Below the pieces are notes generated by a model. The model worked only from the letters and a program-made list of their open reading frames with translations. It searched no databases and was not told where the DNA came from. DNA of 55,341 bases, filler included, from an uncultured delta proteobacterium (GTDB taxonomy: Bacteria; Desulfobacterota; Desulfobacteria; Desulfobacterales; SG8-13): the NCBI GenBank assembly GCA_963848135.1. It is 3 parts of 3 records of this genome, joined end to end, with 100 filler letters (N's around TTAATTAATTAA, not from the genome) between each part and the next. Parts side by side here need not be neighbours in the genome. Positions count along the whole stretch, not along the records: positions 28,607 to 35,576 come from CAWKCK010000007.1; positions 35,677 to 55,341 come from CAWKCK010000008.1; 1 more part is not named here. One strand, written 5' to 3'. This document shows, one piece after another, positions 29,966-39,623 of this stretch. Numbering within the stretch: position 1 is the first letter of the stretch; the number at the start of each line of letters is the position of its first letter. Position numbers and translations under genes: made by a program.

Positions 29966-30262
29966 GAGGTGTAAACGGTTACCCAAGTCTTTTTAAGAAT
30001 TTCAGTTCCATTGGTTGACCACCATATTCAATGAACCGACCCTCCCAGAACGATATCTCTATTGGTGTCCATCTGCGGGTAGTGGATGCCTCCTTTTGTT
30101 TGCCTGGTAAAAATTGAGTGCTTCTCCCTGGACAGAGCCACAGAGGATTTAGTGAGAATGGTACTGCATATGAATTAAGTCTGACAAACTACAGATACTA
30201 TCTTACATATCTGTAGTTCAGTGACTGTGCAAATAATAGTTCGAAACCTGTTCAATCAATTC

Positions 30263-30300
30263 AAAAAAGGCAGACACAATATATTGTGCCTGCCTTTTTT
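30263..30300. terminator. Bidirectional intrinsic terminator
   Basis: A6-GGCAGACACAAT-at-ATTGTGCCTGCC-T6. Confidence 0.8.
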
Positions 30301-30379
30301 CCTTTTGAGCGGTTGCTAATTAAAGCAGTTCTGTATATGTAATTGATAATGCCTATCCATAAAATTCAGGATATTTGAT

Positions 30380-33137
30380 ATGCCCGGCAAAGAAACCGAC
30401 ACACTTTTCCTACTCACTAAGTTTCATCGCCCAATCGTCCCCTCTGATCACGTACATCGAGCGAGGCTGATGGAGCAGCTTGATAAGTGTTACCATCGGC
30501 CTTTAGCGCTTGTTTCCGCCCCTGCCGGTTATGGCAAAAGCACACTGGTGAGTGCCTGGTTGGATGGGTGTGAAGTCCCCAACGCTTGGCTGTCCCTGGA
30601 CGAGAGTGATGATGATCTGAGATCGTTTTTGATCTATTTTTTGGCTGCAGTGGAGAGCATGTTTCCCGATGCCGTCGGCAAGACCAAGTCCATGGTCAAT
30701 GCCTCGAAACTGCCCTCACTATCGATTTTAACCGGCACTTTGGTCAATGAACTGGACGCCATTGGGCGCGATTTTATCCTGGTCCTGGATGATATCCACT
30801 ACATTAAAGAGGAGTCGGTGCATGCATTCTTCAACCTTCTGTTACAACACCCACCCCAGCCCTTGCATCTGGTAATGATCGGTCGCCGCGACCCGTTTCT
30901 GGCCATATCCACTTATCGCGCACGAGTACAGCTCGTCGAAATAAGGGTCGTTGATCTGCGGTTTTCGGTTGATGAAACCGCATCCTACCTGAAACTGATC
31001 CTCGATACATCGATCGATAAGGATTCCGCCTTATCATGGGCGGAGAAGACGGAAGGCTGGGTGACCGGTCTTCGTCTGGCTGCTCTTTCAATAAAGCACC
31101 GTGGCAATTTCAATAGTTTGCTGCCCGAACTCGTTGGCGGCACCCAATACGTGATGGAGTATCTTTTTAATGAAAACCTTTCTCACCAGCCTGCTGTCTT
31201 TCGGGACATACTCCTGAAAACATCCATTTTGGACCGTTTCTGCGCCCCGTTGTGCGAAGCCATCTGTGGGGCAGGTGACGAGATGGAGAAGGAACATATC
31301 AGCGGTTGGAGCTATATCAACTGGCTGAAAAGAGAAAACCTCTTCCTGATTCATCTGGACACGGAAGGCCGGTGGTACCGTTACCATCATCTGTTTCAGC
31401 AGCTCCTGCAAAACCAATTAAGGCGCTATCAAAATTCTGACCAAATTGCTCAGCTTCATTGCCGGGCTGCTGAGTGGTTCGAGGACCAGGGATTGATCAC
31501 GGAATCGATCAAGCATGACCTGGCAGGTGGGAATATCGCGCATGCGGCCGATACCATCGAGGAGTACCGGTACGGCGAACTCGCTGCGGACCGGTGGCAT
31601 GTTGTTGAGCGATGGCTATCCATGCTACCGGTCGACACAAGGCAGGCGCGCCCGAAGCTGCTTCTTACCGAAGCGTGGATCAATAATCTGCAACATCAGA
31701 TGGCTCGGGCTTTGACTCTCATTGAGCAAGCCGAGTCTCTGATAACCGGTCAAACGACAGACCCAATAGTGGTCGGAGAACTCGCCTTCATGCGGGGATA
31801 TGTCGTGTACTACGACGGTCAGGCCGAACGAAGTCGGCAGCTTCTCGAGGAGGCCGTGTCTCAACTCGCCGGCAAAAAATCCCCATTTCTGGGGGAGGCC
31901 GAACTTATGCTCGGGCTGGCTCTTTGCCAGGACGGCCAGAAAGACCAGGCAGTCAAGGCCCTGGAGGCTCGGATCAGTGAAGTTGACGCGTCGGAGAATT
32001 ACTTACGTTCACGATTGATCGCCGGATTAGTTTTCATCTACCTGCTCTGCGGTGAACTGTTTAAGGCTCGCGTCGAAGCGAAACGTCTACAGCTTATTTC
32101 AGAGAAGCACAGCATGCGTCTCGCCCAGGCCTGGAGTTACTACCTAATAGCGTGCACACACCTTCACACCGGCGAACTCGAAGCCGCATCGTTTCACTTT
32201 GCGAAAGCCGTCGAGCTGCGTTACGAGCTGGAACCACGGGCAGCGGTGGATGCCCTGGCAGGATTGGTTCTAACGCAGCAGTTTATGCAGTTAGAGGACG
32301 AGGCGTCGGAGTCGTGTCAAAGGCTACAAGAGTTCGCTTTAGAGTTGAATGAAAGCAATTACCTGTCCGTTGCCCAATCCTGCCGCGCCCGCCTTTCGGT
32401 ACTGCAAGGGGCGTTGAGGCCGGCTGTTGAATGGGGTCGTTCGTTCGACGAATCACCAGTGCTGTCAGAGGTCTTTTCGTGGCTCGAAGCGCCCTCAATA
32501 ACTCAAGCCAGGGTACTGATCGCAGACGGAACGGAGGAGAGCCTAAATAAAGCGTTCGATCTGATCCGTTCGCTGCAACAGCTTTCAGAATCGTGCCACT
32601 TTACCTGTCAAACGATCGAGATCGCAATTCTGCAGTCCATGGCTCTGGAGAAGCAGGGGCGCGGCGAGGAAGCGCTTAACAACCTTGAAGAGGTTATGGT
32701 ACTGGCCGGACCCCGGGGTTGGATACGACCTTTTGTTGAAGCCGGCCCACCGATGGCCGATTTGCTGAAAAGGCTGCGAAAACAGAACGTCGCTGTCGAC
32801 TATATTGAGAAGGTTTTGACCGCATTCCCGGGATCATGGACCCGCATCCAAACAGAAGACATCAACCCATGATCACATGCCTCCCCTTCACCCTCTCCCC
32901 CCGTCTCAAAGTCATCCAAGCCCCTCACCTCTGGCCGAACCACTAACCAATCGCGAGCTCGAGGTCCTCGAGCTGCTGGCGCAGCGGCTTCAGAATAAGG
33001 AGATTGCTTCAAAGCTCTCCGTTTCACCGACAACCGTAAAAACCCACCTGCAGCACATCTACCAGAAACTCTGCGTCAGCAGCCGCCGAAAGGCTGTTGA
33101 AACCGCAGAAGCTCTTGGCATTCTTTCCCGGCATTAA
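30380..33137 (+). CDS. MalT-type (STAND ATPase-TPR-LuxR HTH) transcriptional regulator, apparent 1-nt frameshift at 32830-32832
   Basis: [40 protein letters not shown]. The LuxR HTH ([23 protein letters not shown]) in ORF 32877-33137 joins in frame if G3 is read as G2. Confidence 0.88.
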
Positions 33138-33173
33138 GCAGTGTCCATCCACGAGTCGTTTAAGGAATTATAG

Positions 33174-33314
33174 AGTGTCCAATTCATAAATGAGAATTTT
33201 TTTCGCTGGGCAAGGCCGCACGAGGGTTTACGGCGAGGCATACAGTACGTACCCGCTGCCGGAAGCCTGCGGAACGCCGCCCAGCGGAAAAAAGTCCATT
33301 TATGAATGGACACT
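33174..33314. mobile_element. MITE/REP-like non-autonomous palindromic element
   Basis: About 37-bp imperfect terminal inverted repeats (AGTGTCCAATTCATAAATG...TTTTTTCGCTGGGC / GCCCAGCGGAAAAAAG...CATTTATGAATGGACACT). 141 bp, no transposase. Confidence 0.65.
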
Positions 33315-33584
33315 AATTAGTATCCCCCCAGTTCTTTCCTTGCACAATGACTCAACAGATTTATGGCCGTGACCTTCAGTGATTTTTAGCTGCACTCAGT
33401 GACTCCTCCGGTTCGAATCATCTTCCTCCCTCTTTTCTTTTCACAGTATTTATTTCTAAAAATCATCCAAAAATACGCCATTTTTCATTCATTATGGATG
33501 ATGCACTCCCTTTCCGAAGCGACTAAGGTCAAAATGAATGGATCTGAAAACAAGGCCTTAGACACTCGAAGAAAGGAACCACCA

Positions 33585-33858
33585 ATGATGTCGGATTCAC
33601 GCACATAGGGGGACAATCAAACTTTGGTCGCCGGCAACCTATCGCATCGAAATCCAAGGGAATCTGGGCGAAAACTGGGCCGACCGTTTGGGAAATATGC
33701 GCATCAGTTCAAACAAAAGAGTCGATCAATCAATAGTGACGACACTGACCGGACGGTTGCAGGATCAGGCGGAGCTGCTGGGGGTGCTGAACAGCCTCTA
33801 TGAACTGCACCTGCCGATCCTGATGGTGGAATATCTCGAGAAGAATAATGGCGTTTAG
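33585..33858 (+). CDS. Small conserved protein of the type found downstream of MalT-like regulators (missed by ORF track; frameshift near 33605)
   Basis: Read by hand: IKLWSPATYRIEIQGNLGENWADRLGNMRI...TTLTGRLQDQAELLGVLNSLYELHLPILMVE...* ending at 33858. AAGGA RBS and ATG 33585 are one base out of frame. Confidence 0.65.
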
Positions 33859-33941
33859 GCCCTCAGGAATCACTTGAATCATCTTTGTCAGAACCCGGAG
33901 AGCAAACACCGGGAAAGATTCACCATAAGGAGGCGATAGCA

Positions 33942-34764
33942 ATGAAGATTCCTATAATCACCGCCCTTGCATTGGCCGCGGTAATATTGCTCGGTATCAC
34001 TGGTTTCCCCAGCCACCTGTGGGCGGAAGGTCAAAGCGCGGAGGCGTTGGCCAAGGCCGCGCAGAATCCGGTAGCCAACATGATCAGCCTGCCGCTTCAG
34101 AACAACACCAACTTCGGGGTCGGCCCGGGCAACGATGTCCAGAACGTGCTCAATATCCAGCCGGTAATCCCATTTCAGCCTGAGCGAGGACTGGAACCTG
34201 ATCACCCGCACCATCGCCCCGCTGATCTACCAGCCGGAACTCGTGCCGGGAGCCGGCAGCACGTTCGGTCTCGGGGATATCAATACGACCCTGTTTTTGT
34301 CACCCGCCAAACCGGGAAAACTTATCTGGGGCCTGGGGCCGGTGTTCTCCTTTCCCACCGCCACCGACGACGTGCTGGGTACCGACAAGTGGAGCGCCGG
34401 TCCCTCGGCCGTGGTGCTGAAGATTCAGGGCCCCTGGGTGGTCGGCGGCCTGGCCAGCAACCTGTGGTCCTATGCCGGGGACAGCGACCGGGCGGACGTC
34501 AACCAGTTCCTGTTCCAGTATTTCATCAACTACAACATGGCCGACGGTTGGTATCTCTCGTCGGCCCCGATCATCACGGCCAACTGGGAGGCCGACAGCG
34601 GCAACCAGTGGACCATCCCCTTCGGGGGCGGGGTGGGCAAGATCTTCAAAATCGGCAAACAGGCCATGAATGCCCAGGTGCAGGCTTTTTACAACGCGGC
34701 CAAGCCAGACAACGGCCCCGACTGGACCCTGCGGCTGCAGCTGCAGTTTTTGTTTCCGAAGTGA
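33942..34764 (+). CDS. Outer-membrane barrel/transporter, paralog of 1941-2770 (1-nt frameshift at ~34173)
   Basis: AGGAGG RBS, signal peptide, LAKAAQNPVANMISLPLQNN...QPVIPF|SLSEDWNLITRTI...LRLQLQFLFPK when T3 is read as T2. Confidence 0.8.
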
Positions 34765-34772
34765 ATAAAAAG

Positions 34773-34882
34773 GGTTCAACGGTTCACCGTTCAACGTTCA
34801 AAGGTTGATTGAACAATAGAATCGATGTTCTTCCCAGAACCCAGGACTCTGAACACTGACACCTGAAACCCGAAAATCGAAG
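34773..34882. repeat. Two tracts of degenerate heptamer tandem repeats
   Basis: (G)GTTCAAC/GTTCACC/GTTCAAC/GTTCAAA at 34773-34803 and CTGAACA/CTGACAC/CTGAAAC/CCGAAAA at about 34849-34876. Confidence 0.5.
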
Positions 34883-34934
34883 ACGTTACCGCCGGGATTA
34901 AATTGAAATGATGAACGTGAATAGTCTTGAAAAT

Positions 34935-35273
34935 CTAACGCGCATCCGTGGCTTTATCCAGTATATCGGAAACCCATTTATTGAGGCTTTTGCCGCTTGT
35001 CTCGGCCGCTGTGGCGATAGCGGCATGAACGCTGGATGGAATGCGCAAGGTCAGCTTGCCGGAGTAAGGTTTGTCCGGCTTATCTCCAAGCTTGGCGCAG
35101 GTTGTAACATAATCATCAACCGCCTCTTTGAAGGCTGCTTCCAGCTCATCGACGGTCTCGCCGTGGAAGGTGATAATATCTCGAATACTCGCCAGGCGGC
35201 CACAGAAAATCCGATCCTGGGCGTCAAACTCAATGCGGGCGCTATATCCTTTATATGTCATGGCGTTCTTCAT
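34935..35273 (-). CDS. hicB: HicB antitoxin
   Basis: MTYKGYSARIEFD...FHGETVDELEAAF.EAVDDY...KPYSGKLTLRIP..VH. Confidence 0.93.
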   Translation of the reverse strand: MKNAMTYKGYSARIEFDAQDRIFCGRLASIRDIITFHGETVDELEAAFKEAVDDYVTTCAKLGDKPDKPYSGKLTLRIPSSVHAAIATAAETSGKSLNKWVSDILDKATDAR

Positions 35274-35524
35274 GGTGTAACTCCAATTAGTTTTAGAAAA
35301 TCACGAGCTGCACGTATTTGGTACCGCAAGGCATCCTTGCCTGGGTGCGGTCGGTGGAAACCCGCTTTTCGGTCTTTATACAAAATCGTAATCCTGGAAC
35401 CCCTGCCCTCGACGATCTCGCAACCCGCAGCTTTGAATAGGGCTTCGATTTTTCGCCACTCAACATGTCCGGGAACCGGATCGGTGAATATAGCCTCAAG
35501 GGTTTTCCGGTGCCGTCGGTTCAT
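35270..35524 (-). CDS. hicA: HicA mRNA interferase toxin
   Basis: WRKIEALF.AAG...EGRGSR...FHRPHP. ATGA overlap with hicB. Confidence 0.92.
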   Translation of the reverse strand: MNRRHRKTLEAIFTDPVPGHVEWRKIEALFKAAGCEIVEGRGSRITILYKDRKAGFHRPHPGKDALRYQIRAARDFLKLIGVTP

Positions 35525-35531
35525 AAATAAT

Positions 35532-35559
35532 ATGATATCACTTTTTGCCACCACGTCAA
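35532..35559 (-). promoter_or_regulatory. Sigma70 promoter of hicAB
   Basis: TTGACG-N16-TATCAT with extended -10 TG. Contains the palindrome TGATATCA. Confidence 0.65.
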
Positions 35560-35576
35560 GGAGGGATTTAATAGGT

Positions 35577-35676
35577 NNNNNNNNNNNNNNNNNNNNNNNN
35601 NNNNNNNNNNNNNNNNNNNNTTAATTAATTAANNNNNNNNNNNNNNNNNNNNNNNNNNNNNNNNNNNNNNNNNNNN
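35577..35676. other. Assembly gap with artificial six-frame-stop linker
   Basis: N44-TTAATTAATTAA-N44. Confidence 0.97.
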
Positions 35677-35864
35677 AAGGGGTTGCGGGCTTTTCCTTCG
35701 GCGCCACCAAATATTCGCAGCATCCCCCGGGCTTCGGAAGGCGCTTCCTCGAAGCTCATTACCCGTGGTCATTTTTTCAGCGGTCTATTGACGTTCATTA
35801 TTCATATTCCGCCGCCCTTGCCGACATTTCGATCGACCCACTTTCAGTTTAAGAAAAGAAACAA

Positions 35865-36563
35865 TTGATGATTACCATACCCCTCCTCAAACAACGGATA
35901 TCTCTTCCGGCAGGGCTGCGCCTGCTTGCTTTTTTCGTTCTGATTATGATCGGGCTGGCCCTGGTACGTTTTTCAATTATAGGCGATCTGTTTAACGAAA
36001 ATAGACTGGTGGCATTTTTAACTGCACTGCGCAGTGTCTGGTGGGCACCTCCGTTGCTTATCGGTCTGTATTTCCTGCTGGCGGTTCTGGGATTGCCGCC
36101 CGGGCCTCTGATGGTGGGCGGGGCTTGTTTTGGTACTTTTTACGGGGCGATTTACAATATCACCGGGCTTTGCTTGGGAGCCGCGAGCGGCTACATGGTT
36201 GCAAAGCTATTGGGGCGGGACTTTGTCATCCAGGTCACGGGGGACCGCCTGCGACGGGTAGAGACTGTTTTCGAACGACATGGTTTCTGGCCGCTGGTGC
36301 AGACCCGATTCTTACCGATTCCGTTTACGATTATCAATTTCGGGGCCGCTCTGGCCGGCGTGCGGCCAACCCTTTTTTTGACTGCCTCCACCATCGGTCT
36401 GGTACCGTCCACCCTCATCCACACATACTTTATTGCCAATTTGCTTGTTTCAAGTGGCCGAGAACGAATTATATTGCTGGGTCTATATGTCGCGACCTTT
36501 ATTATCTTCAACATCCTGATCAGCGCGATGTGGTTGAAGGGCAAGAATCGTGAAGAGAAGTAG
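35865..36563 (+). CDS. TVP38/TMEM64 (DedA/VTT) membrane protein
   Basis: PPGPLMVGGACFG..GA, RFLPIPFTIINFGAAL, FLTASTIGLVP. Confidence 0.85.
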   Translation: MMITIPLLKQRISLPAGLRLLAFFVLIMIGLALVRFSIIGDLFNENRLVAFLTALRSVWWAPPLLIGLYFLLAVLGLPPGPLMVGGACFGTFYGAIYNITGLCLGAASGYMVAKLLGRDFVIQVTGDRLRRVETVFERHGFWPLVQTRFLPIPFTIINFGAALAGVRPTLFLTASTIGLVPSTLIHTYFIANLLVSSGRERIILLGLYVATFIIFNILISAMWLKGKNREEK

Positions 36564-36725
36564 AATATGAACCGATTATGCCGCTTTTCAAGAATATGTT
36601 CCGACCTCCTATTCCTTCGGAATTTCCATTGATCTTTCCCCCATTTATACCACTTTTTGGGGGTGGTGCAGAGGTAGAAGAAGTCCTAATCTGTCACATC
36701 AAATAAAAGAGAAGTATATTGGATA

Positions 36726-37628
36726 ATGTCTATGTTTGACTTACCCTTATATCTGAACTCAAAACGCGAGCAGATCAATATTTACCTCGAAAAATGTTTT
36801 CATGCGGTGTCTGAGTCAGGACGGCTAATCGATGCCATGCAATTTTCGTTGATGGCTGGGGGAAAGCGCCTCAGACCGATTCTGTGCTTGGCCGGGGCCG
36901 AAGCTGTCGGTGGGCGGGCAGAAAATGCTCTCCCGGCTGCCTGCGCTCTTGAAATGATACACACCTATTCCTTGATTCATGACGATTTACCTTCAATGGA
37001 TGACGATGTCCTGCGCCGGGGAAAGCCAACCTGCCATGTGCAATTCGATGAAGCGACGGCCATACTTGCCGGTGACGCCCTGTTGACCATGGCATTTGAG
37101 GTTCTGTCCGGTGCTGGGCTCAATGATAGCGATGATCACCAAGGCGTAACCTGGTTAAAGATTACACAGCGTATATCTCGTGGGGCCGGATGCTGTGGAA
37201 TGGTCGCAGGGCAGATGCGGGATATTGCCGCTGAAAACAACGCACTCTCCCGGCCGGAACTCGAACAACTGCATGCATTGAAAACAGGTGCCTTGATTGA
37301 AGCCGCGGTGTATGCCGGTGCCGTTTTAGGAAAGGGTACGCCAGAGCAGATCGTCCAGCTCGAAACTTATGCCGGTTGCATCGGCCTTGCTTTTCAAGTA
37401 AAAGACGATGTGCTAAATGTGGAAGGCGATCCGGTGCATTTGGGGAAAAGTGTTGGAACAGATGAATTACGTCAGAAAAGCACTTATCCTTCAATTATGG
37501 GTCTTGAGGCGTCCAAGGCGTTTGCCCGCCGGCTCATTGAAAAAGCTTTGCTCGCTCTGGAACCATTCGATATGCGCTCGGATTCTCTGCGTGCCATTGC
37601 CAACTATATCATCGAAAGAAAACGATGA
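36726..37628 (+). CDS. ispA: Farnesyl diphosphate synthase (geranyltranstransferase)
   Basis: GGKRLRP, EMIHTYSLIHDDLPSMDDD..RRGKPT, KTGALI, GLAFQVKDD, KSTY. Confidence 0.95.
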   Translation: MSMFDLPLYLNSKREQINIYLEKCFHAVSESGRLIDAMQFSLMAGGKRLRPILCLAGAEAVGGRAENALPAACALEMIHTYSLIHDDLPSMDDDVLRRGKPTCHVQFDEATAILAGDALLTMAFEVLSGAGLNDSDDHQGVTWLKITQRISRGAGCCGMVAGQMRDIAAENNALSRPELEQLHALKTGALIEAAVYAGAVLGKGTPEQIVQLETYAGCIGLAFQVKDDVLNVEGDPVHLGKSVGTDELRQKSTYPSIMGLEASKAFARRLIEKALLALEPFDMRSDSLRAIANYIIERKR

Positions 37629-37645
37629 TGAATTGGAGTCCGATC

Positions 37646-39559
37646 ATGAGAAATCTTTTGAATACTATACACGATCCATCACAGCTGAAACAGTTGCCAC
37701 TGTCAGAGCTACCAATCTTGGCCGCCGAAATAAGAAGCCGGATCATTGAAGTCGTATCAAAGAACGGTGGTCACCTGGCGCCCAGCCTGGGTGCTGTTGA
37801 ATTGGCGATTGCCCTGCACTACGTGTTTGATGCCCCACAAGATAAGATTATTTGGGATGTCGGGCACCAATCTTACCCGCACAAGCTTCTGACCGGGCGG
37901 CAGGAACAGTTCGATACCCTACGAAAATTTCGGGGGCTATCCGGATTTACCCGGATCAGTGAGAGCCCATATGACGCGTTTTCCACCGGGCATGCCAGCA
38001 CCTCCATTTCGGCCGGTCTGGGAATAACCTGTGGTAAGAAATTGAACGAAGACGCTTCAAAGGTGATTGCCGTCATTGGTGACGGGGCCCTGACAGGCGG
38101 TATGGCATATGAGGGCCTTAACCAGACCGGTGCTCTGAAAAAGAACCTGATTATTATTCTAAACGACAACAACATGTCCATTTCTCCCAACGTGGGAGCC
38201 CTATCATATATTTTAAGCCGGGCATTTTCGAAGAAAAAAATGCAAACCTATCTCAAGGAGGTCGGCAACTTTCTCAAATCCCTTCCAGGTATCGGTGATG
38301 ATGCGTATCAATTTGCCAAACGGTCAAAGATGTCGTTTAAAACTTTCATTACACCGGGAATGCTCTTTGAAGCCTTCAATATTGAATATTTCGGCCCGAT
38401 CGACGGTCACAATCTTAACCACATGATCGATATGCTCGATAACCTCAAGAAACTTGATGAGCCGGTTCTTTTGCACGTGAAAACTAAAAAAGGTCGGGAT
38501 TACATACCGGCTGAAAAAAACCCGGTATATTTTCATGGTTGCAGCTGTTTTGACATCGAAACCGGCCGCTGTTTAGATCAGAAAAGCACGATTCCAAGCT
38601 ATACCGAAGTGTTCGGCAATACCTTGGTGGAATTGGCCGAGGACAATCCGAATATTGTGGCGATTACGGCCGCAATGCCTGAAGGGACCGGCCTAAAGAA
38701 GTTTTCCGAAACCTATCCGGAGCGCTTTTTCGACGTGGGAATCGCCGAGCAGCATGCCGTCACATTCGCTGCAGGGCTTGCAACAGAGGGGATAAAACCG
38801 GTTGTGGTACTGTATTCCACTTTTCTGCAGCGTGCCTACGATCAGGTTCTGCACGATGTCTGCCTCGAAAATCTGCCGGTTGTATTTGCCATTGACCGGG
38901 GTGGCATTGTAGGTGAAGATGGTCCCACCCACCAGGGTGTGTTCGATTTGTCCTATCTGCGAAGCCTGCCGAACATGGTTGTCATGGCGCCCAAAGATGA
39001 AAACGAATTGCGTCAAATGCTTAAATCCGCGATTGGTCATGATGGGCCGGTTGCCATCCGGTACCCGCGTGGAACAGCCGTCGGCGTGGAACTCGAAGCG
39101 CAGATTCAAACCTTGCCGATCGGTAAAGCAGAGGTTCTACAACAGGGTGCTGATGTACTGGTGCTTGCCGTCGGCCGGAGTGTTCAAGAAGCCCTGCGTG
39201 CATGCAAAATGTTGCAAAAGGAGGGAATCGAGGCCACGGTAGTCAACTGCCGTTATATCAAGCCCCTTGATGCCGAATTGCTGGCAACCCTAACCCGAGA
39301 CATACCGCGCATTGTAACTGTGGAAGAAAACGTCCGGCAGGGTGGGTTTGGCAGTGCTGTATGGGAATGCCTAAACGATCAAGGCTTGAACGGTCTAAGC
39401 ATAGAGCGTGTTGGCATACAGGACACCTTTGTCGAACACGGATCGCCTCGGATTCTGCGTTCCAAATACGGCGTCGATGCAGCAGCAATTGTAAAAGCAG
39501 CAAAAAGATTGTGCGACGTTGCCAACAATAAGATGAATTCGGTCCGTGCTGCTTCTTGA
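37646..39559 (+). CDS. dxs: 1-deoxy-D-xylulose-5-phosphate synthase
   Basis: GGHLAPSLGAVEL, WDVGHQSYPHK, GDGALTGGMAYE.LN, FDVGIAEQHAV, YSTFLQRAYDQ, IRYPRG. Start could be 37625/37628. Confidence 0.98.
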   Translation: MRNLLNTIHDPSQLKQLPLSELPILAAEIRSRIIEVVSKNGGHLAPSLGAVELAIALHYVFDAPQDKIIWDVGHQSYPHKLLTGRQEQFDTLRKFRGLSGFTRISESPYDAFSTGHASTSISAGLGITCGKKLNEDASKVIAVIGDGALTGGMAYEGLNQTGALKKNLIIILNDNNMSISPNVGALSYILSRAFSKKKMQTYLKEVGNFLKSLPGIGDDAYQFAKRSKMSFKTFITPGMLFEAFNIEYFGPIDGHNLNHMIDMLDNLKKLDEPVLLHVKTKKGRDYIPAEKNPVYFHGCSCFDIETGRCLDQKSTIPSYTEVFGNTLVELAEDNPNIVAITAAMPEGTGLKKFSETYPERFFDVGIAEQHAVTFAAGLATEGIKPVVVLYSTFLQRAYDQVLHDVCLENLPVVFAIDRGGIVGEDGPTHQGVFDLSYLRSLPNMVVMAPKDENELRQMLKSAIGHDGPVAIRYPRGTAVGVELEAQIQTLPIGKAEVLQQGADVLVLAVGRSVQEALRACKMLQKEGIEATVVNCRYIKPLDAELLATLTRDIPRIVTVEENVRQGGFGSAVWECLNDQGLNGLSIERVGIQDTFVEHGSPRILRSKYGVDAAAIVKAAKRLCDVANNKMNSVRAAS

Positions 39560-39623
39560 TGCTTTTACCCCCAAAAAAGTAAGATCCGAGGCTGGATGTT
39601 TCGATAGGATATGACACGTACGT

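Noticed and set aside
30130..30260. Retron msr-msd, hammerhead ribozyme or tRNA interpretation of the structured region
   Set aside because: No reverse transcriptase nearby, no CUGANGA core and no cloverleaf. Kept only as an unassigned ncRNA candidate.
30274..30289. ACACAATATATTGTGC matches the NrdR-box consensus
   Set aside because: Single copy, forms the top of a terminator stem, and no ribonucleotide reductase gene is nearby.
32821..32880. Programmed frameshift splitting the MalT-like regulator from its HTH
   Set aside because: No slippery heptamer. A single extra G in a run fits the window-wide error pattern.
34908..35624. 238-aa plus-strand ORF running into the gap
   Set aside because: Antisense to clear hicA and hicB genes and extended artificially by Ns.
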